Below, piece after piece: positions 48,832 through 59,599 of a stretch of DNA of 64,000 nucleotides. The DNA is from Hamiltosporidium tvaerminnensis FI-OER-3-3 (Eukaryota > Fungi > Microsporidia). The notes under the pieces were generated by a model, which did no database searches, was not told where the DNA came from, and saw only the letters and a program-made list of their open reading frames with translations. Each line of letters starts with the position of its first letter. Position 1 is the first letter of the stretch. The position numbers were made by a program, and so were the translations under genes. The DNA lies in assembly GCA_022605425.2 (NCBI GenBank), contig JAKIMF020000011.1, forward strand, positions 744,001 through 808,000, written 5' to 3'.

Positions 48832-50252
48832 TATTTTAAGCTTTTTCAATTTTGATATTTCTATATTATCTTGATACTGTAAAAACTTGTAGTTTTCAAT
48901 TACAGAACATTTGAAACAAATTTAATGCTTCGAAATTATTTTTATTTAATTCGAGAACCTAATAGGATAATAAAAATTTTAAATTATTGTAGTTTAACCT
49001 GTTAAATGCGCAACTAAATTTGAAGTTTCTTGACAAATGACTAAAAACTTCCATCAATAACGAATGAACATGTCAAGCTCGGGGTAATTAAAATTTGTAT
49101 CAGCGTTTATACTCGTCAAATGCAGATAAAGAGTTAAAATGTAAACAATTTGAATATTTAAATGAGATAAAGTCAATAATGCTTCACCATGTGCGTTTGA
49201 GAATCGATATTTCTATCTCATTTTATATTTTTTTTATCGAAAATAGGTACAAAGTATTTATATACTCGACAAAAAAAATAATATTTTAGAATTATTTTAT
49301 AATAAAATTATCTTTTTTGATCTTTAAAAGCAAAATATACTTGAACTTAATTTAGCATATAGTTTAAAATTTTATTATTATTTTTTTTGTTTTTGAACTA
49401 AAAAACAATTATTATATTAAGTTCTCGTCTTCGATTTATATAGAAAAATATTCATTGACATGTTTTTATTTATTTTTGTCTTTTTTTCATATAATTTTTG
49501 TATACAAAGTTTAGAAAAGTTATTTTATGTTTACTTGCATTTTTCTTGATAATTCTTATTGTGATCATTGGTTCTGGTACTGCAGTAAAAAGAATCTTTT
49601 GAACATTAAGTTTCTAAAAGATCCAATTATAAACTATTTACGAGTCATCTTGTAAAATTTACTTAAAGACGTATTTTTCTAACATAACCGAAGGAAAAAT
49701 ATACTTGATCTATTCTTTTTAAACGTAAAAAACATTTAATAGTCAAAATATTTGATATTTGCAATTAAATTTATAAAAAATCTTCAAATACTAGTAAACT
49801 TAAAGATTTAAACTCCTAAATAAGTCAGTGATAGTTATACATTTATAACGATAAACTATAAAATATGAATATGTCAATATAAAAGATATATGAATCATCT
49901 CATGAGAAGATTGATTTGTTGGGTATGCTAAAAGTAGCAAAAAAACCTAATATTAATATGATATTAAGTATTTTCTTAAGATTTTAATTTCCAATGGCCC
50001 ACAAAATCATAGCACGATGAAAAGGCAAAAAAATATGCTTTTATAATTTGATTTCCATAAATTTTAAAAATGACAAATTTCTACGTATATTTTACCAGAC
50101 TCTTCGCCGAACCTAATTTCGGAAATTTTTTATAGATTTAAAAAAACCATATAATCTTTAAGAATATCCCCTGGAAATAAAAGAATTTTATGTATGAGGA
50201 ATATCCGGAATATATTTCGATTAAATATACGTTTCTTTTTACATTTATTTAT

Positions 50253-50545
50253 TGGACGGAAGAATATAACCCAACAAAAAAGAATCTGTTGGGCAATGAG
50301 CATGTGAAATCAACCGCAAAGGATTGCATGGGTTTTTATTAGGTAGGAACATAAAATTTCTGGTTGCTCCATAAGAATTTTATGAAGAAAAAGATGTCTA
50401 CAAAGTGATAATAAAATTTCTATAAACTTAATTTGTGTCTTTTATGTAAGTAAATTCAAAACCATGGATGGTCATGTAGGTAATTGCTATGTAAAAGCCT
50501 GGAAACATTGTCTAAATCACTCGGGTTAGAAAAATATGCGCTTGC
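50253..50545 (+). repeat. Family A partial copy 4 (5' about 290 nt, diverged)
   Basis: GGCAATGAG..TGTGAAA, CATGTAGGTAATTGC.ATGTAAAAGC.TGGAAAC and CACTCGGGTTAGAA match copy 1. Confidence 0.8.
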
Positions 50546-50557
50546 GAAGTCCAAAAT

Positions 50558-50786
50558 AACATACTTACATACTTTTTCCAGTTCTCTTCCACCTTTCAGT
50601 TTCGAGGATGAACAAATACAAGTTTTCATTTGTTTCTTTTAATCTGTTGTAATTCGGGATTATAGGAGATCGGCTTATAGATCCAGTGTGGTTTATATCC
50701 TACTAAAATGTCAAAAATTATTTTCACACCAATTCTACATACTCATTGCTAGGTATATAGTTTTCAATGTGGTCATCTTCCTTCTT
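50558..50786 (-). repeat. Family B repeat, short form
   Basis: Reverse complement matches both ends of 39172-39590 with about 200 nt missing internally. Confidence 0.7.
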
Positions 50787-51752
50787 CTCGAAATGCATCA
50801 ATACCATGAAATAATATAAAATGTACCATTTCTCATAAAGTGTAATATTCATTGAATTAAACTTAATCAGTAAGAATTATAGATTTTATTGAGTAAGCAG
50901 AATATATTCTTACGTTCCTTTGTTGATAAAAAAATGATTTCAGATTTTCTTTGTACGTACAAGCTTAAATCCATTTTTTAGTTTCATAATATAGAAATTC
51001 CTATGTATTCAATATTTAAAAAATTAATTTAAATAAATTGTTGAAGATATTTATATTTTTGCCAAATAGTTCTACATATTTAAATATAAATTTAGATTAT
51101 ATATCTTCTACGATCAAAATATATTATCCGATTAAGATATAATAATTATCTTTATTTTGATCTCTCAAATCTTCATCATTTAGAAAACAAATATAATCTT
51201 TAATTAAAGTTTAGGTTTGTAAATTATTCCAAACTAAAATTTTTCTTCCTAAAAAATATAAAGGCTAAAGTTTATAATTCATATCAAGGGAATTATTAGA
51301 TTTATGCACAAAAGGATTTTTTTGAATAAATTAACCACCATTTCAATGATGGTTTGTATATTAAATCCTATATAAATAGAAAATCAGGAAAAATAGTCTA
51401 AGAAGGAAATTTCATATTTTACTTCAAATTTCCATTTTATTGTCTAAAAGACATGAACTTTATAAAAGCTTTTATAAAAAGAGTACTGTATGTGTTAAAA
51501 TTCAATATTTGTATTTCGTAGAAACTTAGCATTGTTTAATTGGTTTGAAAAACTTTATGTATAAATTCTTCCGACCAGGGTCATCAAAAAACGACTTTTA
51601 AATATTTTAATTATAAATCTTCTTTAGATTTCTTTATAAATTCATCCTCGTCAGATTCATATAAAAAAAAGAAATATTTTAATTATAAATCTTATTTTCT
51701 ACTTCAGTTATTTTGTTTTTATATAAAATGTGGAAAAATTGAAGGGTCCGAA

Positions 51753-51923
51753 ATGAAAATAAAAACCCAGGGATTTAAGAATGCATACGAAGCTCTTTTG
51801 TTGAAGATAGATGAATTAATTCAAAAAAAAGACTCACAATTAGCAGAAATGATTGAAAGAATTGAATTTGAAGTCGTAAAGATTGTAGAACGTGTTGAAA
51901 ACGAAGAAGCTTTTATAGATTAA
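51753..51923 (+). CDS. Small coiled-coil-like protein, 56 aa (MKIKTQGFKNAYEALLLKIDELIQKKDSQLAEMIERIEFEVVKIVERVENEEAFID)
   Basis: GGG motif at 51744-51746 before the ATG, purine-rich coding-like composition, AATAAA about 45 bp after the stop; below the ORF-track size cut-off. Confidence 0.6.
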   Translation: MKIKTQGFKNAYEALLLKIDELIQKKDSQLAEMIERIEFEVVKIVERVENEEAFID

Positions 51924-51975
51924 AAAAATTATAATTTCTTTGTATTCGTTATTTTTTTATTTCCAGAATAAAAAA

Positions 51976-52214
51976 AATATTATTTCTCAATATATTTGTA
52001 TTTTTACCTATAAGAATATATATCAGTGTTTCTCATTATATCTTCAAAAGAATTACACTTCAATATTATTTCTCAATATATCTGTATTTTAACATATAAG
52101 AATATATATCAGTATTATTATTATATCTTCAAAAGAATTACACTTCAATATTATTTCTCAATATATCTGTATTTTAACATATAAGAATAAATATCAGTGT
52201 TTCTCATTCTATCT
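51976..52214. repeat. Tandem repeat, about 3 units of 85 bp
   Basis: AATATTATTTCTCAATATAT.TGTATTTT..C.TATAAGAATA.ATATCAGT occurs three times. Confidence 0.85.
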
Positions 52215-52607
52215 TAAAAATAAATCTTTCTTGTAATTTAGTTGTAATTCACATTTTTTTTAAAAAATATTCAAATCTCGTAATGAAATAAAATACCACT
52301 CTTACTTAATAAGAATTATTTTATAAATTTTAAAACATATAACAAATTGAATTTCATTCCTTAAGTACATTTATATTATAAAGTCCCGGTTTTCATTTAT
52401 TTTATAAATTATTGTTTTAACTTTAATTTTATTATTGGTTCTTCAAATTACAAATCACAACTTTATAACTTAAATTTTAAATTTCATAAAAAAATATACA
52501 ATTTTAAACAAAACTTACCACATTACAAATTATTTTTAGAAAATAGAATTTCAAAGTAAATATTAAAAGGCTGAAAGATTAAAAGATTCAGAAGGATACT
52601 TTTCTAT

Positions 52608-52824
52608 ATTTTCACAAACAAATCTATAAAATTAAAATTTATTTAAATTTTTATAATAATCTATGAATATTCACATCAATTCTAAATTTTTCACAAACAA
52701 ATCTATAAAATTAAAAGTTATTTAAATTTTTATAATAATCTATGAATATTCACATCAATTCTACATTTTTCACAAACAAATCTATAAAATTAAAATTTAT
52801 TTAAATTTTTATAATAATCTATGA
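52608..52824. repeat. Tandem repeat, about 3 units of 79 bp
   Basis: TTTTCACAAACAAATCTATAAAATTAAAA.TTATTTAAATTTTTATAATAATCTATGA occurs three times. Confidence 0.9.
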
Positions 52825-53325
52825 GTAATCATTATACTTGATATCTTATCTAAAGCTAATATTATATTCCTGAAACCTAAATTAAAGTTTTTTAAATTTG
52901 TTTTTCAAAGTGCAGAATAGTAAAACAAGTAATAAATTCTTGTTTTATACTAGATTTAAAGACATAACACGTATATAATATAATATATAACTCGAATAAA
53001 TAAATAAAAGTTATATATTAGATTTAACGACAAGACATCTTTATAAATCAAATATATCACTCGAATACATAAATAAATAAAAGTATTTTTATTTCTTGTT
53101 AAAATATCGTTGTCTAAAAAATATATATTTTTACTTTTAATTCCTATAATTATTAAAGATAAGACAAATCTCAAATAAATAAAATAAATCAAAGATTTAA
53201 ATATTTATTTAAAAAATTTACGAAGTATTACTTGTATATTTAATTGTGTAACCATAATAAAACATCATCCAGTACATAAAATGCAAAAAACCATTAAACA
53301 TTGATAATATTTCATACATATTTAT

Positions 53326-53640
53326 TCAAATTCCCAAGAAATTTATAATTTCGATTTCATTATTCAAAATTATAGAGAAAATATAGGCTTGAAATAGCAA
53401 TAAATTGAAAAGAATTTGCGCATATTCTGGCATAGCATATTTTATACTGTGAAATGACATTATGATGGAAATTAATACTAAAATAATGTTTGCACATATC
53501 ATGAATACCTTAAATATTGTTTCGATATTTTTGTTTTCAAATCTAACAGATTTCTCTGTTTTACTTCTACTGTCTCTTCTATCTGGAAAATTAGATCTGA
53601 TCGGATTTGAATTATGATTGCTTGTTGCTATTTCCTCCAT
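53326..53640 (-). CDS. Small putative membrane protein, possibly truncated
   Basis: GGG immediately upstream of ATG 53640; hydrophilic N-terminus followed by two hydrophobic segments. Confidence 0.45.
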   Translation of the reverse strand: MEEIATSNHNSNPIRSNFPDRRDSRSKTEKSVRFENKNIETIFKVFMICANIILVLISIIMSFHSIKYAMPEYAQILFNLLLFQAYIFSIILNNEIEIINFLGI

Positions 53641-54250
53641 TTCCCAATTCATTTATAATTTTAAAAAGTATATATTTATGTAGTAAATCATAGTTCTGGT
53701 TCAAATTCTATTCCAGTCACAGAATCAAAGAATAATTGAAAGTCTGTTATAAATTAAATTTTATTAAATTAAACTATTTTGGGAAATTTCTTAGTTTTTA
53801 ATATTTTTTTAAATCAGGAATTGATTGTTTGATTCTGATTTCATATATATTCTAAAATATTTAATATTTTTAACTAAAAAAAATTAATTCTTAATAAAAT
53901 TGTGATATTACACTTGTTCAGGATATATTCTTAAAATATCTTAAAAGGAAATAAAAAAAATAACCAGCAATCTTTATATTGTAATTTCTATTCAAAAATT
54001 TCTTTTTGATGTTCTATTATAAAAATTGATTGGATAACTCTAAATCTAAAATTTTTATATTTTGTTTATTTAAATATCTTATCTAATATAAGTAATAATT
54101 ATACGAAATTTCTCTAACGTTAATCAAAAACACTTGATAAAGAAAACATTTATTGCCTTTGCAAGCATAGATATATAATTTATTAGTCAAGATTATGAAT
54201 ATTTAAAAAATTATATTTTGTTAAATAAATTTAAAATTCGATAAACTTTT

Positions 54251-54492
54251 CATTTTTTATTTTTTTTTGGCACTACAGCCCCGCACAAGCCTTGGTTGCC
54301 CTCAGTAATACCATCTACCTATCTTTTTCCAGTGAGTTTGTTTACTATTTCAGGTTTCGTAAAAAGTTGTTTTAAAAGGTGGGTTTTTGGCGTTACGCCT
54401 AACTCCAACTTAGAGAACCAGAACTTTTAGTCGCCTCTTACAATAAACAGAAAATACAAAAGTTAATTCTGCTCCTAGCATTTTGGAGAAGC
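54251..54492 (-). mobile_element. Short bipartite RTE-type non-autonomous retroelement with A-rich tail
   Basis: Minus strand has GTAAGAGGCGACTAA and GTTGGAGTTAGGCGTAA (RTE 5'-UTR-like) and ends CCAAGGCTTGTGCGGGGCTGTAGTGCCA plus A-tail (RTE 3'-end-like); possible TSD AAACTTTT at 54243-54250 and 54493-54500. Assignment is from recalled motif similarity. Confidence 0.6.
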
Positions 54493-54611
54493 AAACTTTT
54501 TATAGCAAAAATATTTTTTTTGTAATTAGTTTATTTTACTGAATTATATAAATTAAGATAAAAATGTTGATTTGAAATACATTCTCACTTATTTCATTTC
54601 TTCTTTACTCT

Positions 54612-54680
54612 TGAATGTGAGAATGAACAAATGAAAGTTTTTCATTTGTTTGATCTAATCTGTTGCAACCGGGATTACAG
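54612..54680 (-). repeat. Family B internal fragment (hairpin AACAAATGAA-AGTTT-TTCATTTGTT)
   Basis: Matches 50603-50665. Confidence 0.6.
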
Positions 54681-55314
54681 TTTATTTTAAGAGATCAAAT
54701 TAAATTGTAAAACAAAATAACCGTAAATTTTTTTAGCATTTTTACAGTTTTTTTTTTTTCATAATAAGAAATACTTTAGATTTATCTCAACAAATAATTT
54801 TACATTATTTATGAATATTTATTAAGAATAGTTTTGCAAAATAAAAGCTTGTTGATATTGTCTTGAGTTGCGGGTTTTCATTCTGGATATTAGGTTTTTA
54901 TTTTATTTACGGTGATTTATAATGTTTTCATAATTTATTAACAAATATTCTATATGTTATTTCCTACTTTAATTCTAAGAAATTAAACTTGTTGCAATAA
55001 ATTTCTTTGAATTTTTTTATCAAAAAAGAGTTCTGTTTGCTTATGAGACATTAACTCATAAGAAACGAAAAATTTATAAAAATACCTTAGTACAAAACAT
55101 GTGTAAATTTTGTATTAAATAATATTTTGATGGCTTATAAAAAGTTTTGAATAAAGCTTAATCAATATAACTTCTGCCTCTGTCTAAAATAGATTGTTTC
55201 TTTCAATTTCAACCAATTTGAAATAAAAAAAATAGAGTTTTAAATTACGAGAACATTTTATTTACAAAAGCATCACTTTCAACTACAAGTAAGTACCACC
55301 TGATTCTAAAAAGC

Positions 55315-55789
55315 CTAAGAAGATTTCAAGTAACTCAAAGATGAATAGTATATTATAGGCCTTCCTTTATATTTATCTGGCAATTCAAATCCAAATATTT
55401 CGGTCGGCTCGACTTCGTAATATTGCAAATTTTTATTACTACACTCTTTTCGCATAACACAATCGCACTTAAAATCATATTCTAAGCACATACCATAACT
55501 CATAATCTTAAATTTATGTGCAGGAATATATCTTATATTGAAAAGTTGGGAATAACTTCCTGATTCTGGAAATGTGGCAATATAATTTCCATTTTCTGGT
55601 ATATCAAACACCTTTTCGGAACCGGCCAGATGAATTTAAACCGTATTGTTCTAGAAAAATAGGCCGAGCATTATTTTTTTTACAAAGAGTTAACAGAATT
55701 CCATTTTCAACACATAAATATAAGTCATGGCCAAATATTTTGACTAAATGTAAAGAACAACTTACATTTAGAATAAATAATAATATCAT
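55315..55789 (-). pseudogene. Frameshifted ricin-B-lectin-like secreted protein
   Basis: Signal-peptide ORF 55604-55789 switches frame near 55638 to IHLAGSEKVFDIPENG..SQLF..GMCLEYD..C...LQ, aligning with paralogue 57351-57935 (LHVNGRNKVLDYEGNG..NQIF..GMCMQYD..C...NQ). Confidence 0.75.
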
Positions 55790-57350
55790 GTGTTTCTTAA
55801 ATTATAGAATATTTATATTATGAAAGTTTGATCTGTCACATATATCTTTTTCGTAACATAGTAATACATGCGATAGAATGGCATCCTTTAAAATTCAGGT
55901 TTTCAATCCGTGAAACATATAGGATAAAGGTTTAATTTAAAAAAATACGACACAAAATAGATAAGTATTTTATTAAAATCTTATATTTATCTTCAAAAAA
56001 ATTGTAACTTTTTTAAAATATTAACGAATATCTAAATATTCATTTATTAAAATTCTCAAACAAAGTATGAAAATATTAGCCATTTGATTATAATATTTTC
56101 CTATGGTTTAGAAGAAATTCTTATAATCCTGCATTTTGTGCTAAAAAGATTAAAAGTTTCAATTTAAAATGAAAAATGTGTTTATTTAAAAAGAGAAGTA
56201 ATACAAAATAAAAATAGCTATTAAATATAGATTAATTGCAAAATTTCGCGTTCTTTTTTAGTTTTAAAATAAATAAAAGAAGTTTACAGTTCAAATCACG
56301 AATTCGGATTCCATAAAAGTTTTATTAAACCCAAATTTTTTAACTATATATTATATAATTAAATTAGGCGGCGCGCAAATATTTGAAAAAAAATTTCGCT
56401 TTTTTTTTGTTATTTTTCGGATTATTTATAGTTATGAGAAAATAAAATAATACAAAATATTGATACAAATCTAATTTATTTACTATTTGAAGTAATCATT
56501 ATTTATTAAATTTAAATCTAAACTATATTTATCCGATCGGCTGGATATAATTTAAATTTTGAGAATTTCAAATTTAGAATGTATATGAACTAATTTAATA
56601 AAGAAAATTACAATGTAGGTGTATACATTTCTAAATTATATTTCGATACAGGGTTATGAGTAGATAAAGTAGGAGTTTAAATGTTTCTAATAAAATTTTT
56701 GTTTTTAATTTCTTTAGAAATTTATTTTGCGATAATATTGAAATATATAAGGAACACAGATTATTTTTACTAATAACTATTATGACGAAAACAAAAATAT
56801 CAATTAAAACAGTTTGGATTTGAAATTATCAGATTTGAATTATAATTAATTGTTGTTTTTACTTGGCATTGAATAGAAATAAAGCTTTTATTTGAACATT
56901 CTATATATTTCAGTCTGCTGGAAGTAATAACATTTCTATAAAAATCATTTAACCTTTTTTTAGAAATATTTATTTTTAATTATAAAAATTAAGATTGATT
57001 GATTTGATGAAGAGTGTACATACTCGTTACAAACACCAATTTTTAGTATTTTTTAATTCATTTTCCAAGAATATTAATTTTTACAGAAAATTGCCGTATA
57101 GATTCAAAATTTAGAATAAATTTATTTTTAAAAAATATTACATGCTACTATTTGTTTTCAAACCGCAATAAGTTTCTAAAAGCTTCGTATGGGTTTTAAA
57201 ACTTTCTTTTTTAACGCTGAAAAACGAGGATGAAATCAAAATTTTTACGTCTTTGAAATATTTAAATTTACAGAAATTTGCATATTAGTACAATTAAAAC
57301 AAATTGAATTAAACTAGAAAATGTTAAATAATACTTTTAATAATTCTTAA

Positions 57351-57935
57351 TTAATATGAATAACTGTAACTCCATGAATTACTTGGTTTTTCGTTCCTAT
57401 ATTTAAATGAACGACTGTAGGATTCGGGTTGACAATTTAAATTATTTCGAACTTCGCGATTATAAAAACGACCGTATAAAATTGTTGCTTTGCATCCCAA
57501 GGCTTTATTTACTTCAAAAGTTTCATGTGGATCAATCATATTAAAAAGTTGATTTGGTTCGTTTGTGCATATTGCTTTCATGAATGAGCTAGTAGGCAAA
57601 TCATATTGCATACACATACCTTGATTTATGAGTCTATATGCTCCTGAATGATCAAGTTTTATTTCAAATATTTGGTTTTTCATACCATGTGCGGGATAAA
57701 TAATCACTCGCTTTCCATTTCCTTCATAATCAAGCACTTTATTTCTTCCGTTGACATGTAATAGAAGTTCAGATGATCCCTCTGATTTTTGTTCGGTTGT
57801 TAATATTGCTGCAAGCGATCTACTAACTATGGTAGGAATTATAGACACTGGACTTACTCCAAAATAATGCTCGGTTCCTATAAGCTTGAGGGAAAAATCG
57901 CATGTGCTAATAAATGCAATAAAGAAATATAACAT
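57351..57935 (-). CDS. Secreted ricin-B-lectin-like (RBL) protein, 194 aa
   Basis: N-terminal signal peptide; KVLD, HG..NQIF, CMQYD and C....NQLF motifs are QxF variants of beta-trefoil QxW repeats typical of microsporidian RBLs. Confidence 0.82.
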   Translation of the reverse strand: MLYFFIAFISTCDFSLKLIGTEHYFGVSPVSIIPTIVSRSLAAILTTEQKSEGSSELLLHVNGRNKVLDYEGNGKRVIIYPAHGMKNQIFEIKLDHSGAYRLINQGMCMQYDLPTSSFMKAICTNEPNQLFNMIDPHETFEVNKALGCKATILYGRFYNREVRNNLNCQPESYSRSFKYRNEKPSNSWSYSYSY

Positions 57936-59599
57936 TTTTGGATATAAAATTCTACATATTTATTCATTTTTGAGAACGTTTTATGTGTCAATCTAGATAA
58001 ACAGACCAAGATTTTCATTCTAGGCTTTGATAAGCGATTGATTTTTTTAGTTTTTCTCATGTCGAGTTTAAGATTTGCTACATTAGATTAGACATTAAGA
58101 AATTTTTAGAATCGTATGATTATTCAAATTTATAATTTATTAAAAATATGAAAAGGTTTTTTTCGTAATTGAATTTAGGCTAAATCATATTTTATTCTTC
58201 ACATAGTTGAAGATTTCATAAAGTTTTTTAAATCGTATATTTTATTGACTTATATAAAAGATCCGAGAAGTCATGCTTCTACATGAAAAATATAAATTAT
58301 ATTCGACACGTGAGAACTAAGGTCTAACAATCAAATACAACATATATTTAATTTTAAATGAGGAATGATCCAAGACAAAATTTCTTGTGAAATTTATTTT
58401 ATTTATTATTTTTCAAAATTTAATACAATTTAATTTTATATTTTTATACTTTAAACTCATCATTGATTCTTTTCACTCTATTGATTGATTGTAAAGCCCA
58501 AAGAAACAGCTTCAAAATAAATCTGCATTTATAATAAAATTCATTTTACCTTCGAAAATTATGATCTTATACCCTGAACAAACATATACGTTTTTTCTTT
58601 TTTTATACATTGGTGGATCTTCAGATATTTCTATTATATAAATTCTCAAACGAATTCAGACTTTTATTGCTCAATAATCGTATTTCGTAGAATTTAGAAC
58701 TAAATTTCAAAAGATAAAATCATAATCGTTAATATAAAAAAATAAAACTTTTAATTATTTTAAAATAGGTTTAATAGATTCGATTATATTATATTTTCGA
58801 TTTTCAAAACAGCCATATTTTCTAGAAAAAACCTCGGATTCTAATTGAACAATGCGACTCTTTGCACTTTAGATTTTTTTCAATTCTTTTACAAAACTTC
58901 TATTTTATTTGAAAAATTTTTTATAAGACCTTACTTCTATATTTATTCTAAGTTTCATTTATAGTTTTTTTTTATCTATAATTAAGATTTAATAATATAT
59001 TTTTCTGTTTGACTGACGCCTACTTTTTTACCTAAATTTGTTTTTCAGACAAGATTGGTTTTTTTTCGGTATAAAGTTTGCTTCTATTACCTTTACCTAT
59101 GTATTGTTAGCTCTCGAGCCAGATTTTCTTTGGCCATATTCCTCTAAAACATAAAAAAAGAAAAATTAAAGAGTTTTTTTAAACCGAATAAATTTATTTT
59201 TTCATTTTTGCTTTTATTTCTACATTTTTAATGCATTTTTGATCTTTTCTGGAATCTAAAAGTCTAATTATTAAATAACGAAACAATGTACATATTAGAT
59301 CCTTTGAACAAGAGTTGTCTCATTAGCAAGAATTTACAATCCTTATTTTTCCCATTCTAGATTAGTTTAAGCGATTTAAACGAAGCAATTATTATATTAT
59401 TGAATGTAATTATGTTCATATTTATTCACAAAACACATACTTTACGTCTAAAATATTGATCCTTTTATAAGTTTCAATTTCAAGGCTAATCATAGTCCTT
59501 TAGATATTTTCAGAATTATCCAAACATTTAATCCTAATTGTTTTTTAGATTTAAATTTATATTTCTTTATAGAGCTAAAGTTATATACATCATTCTTGC

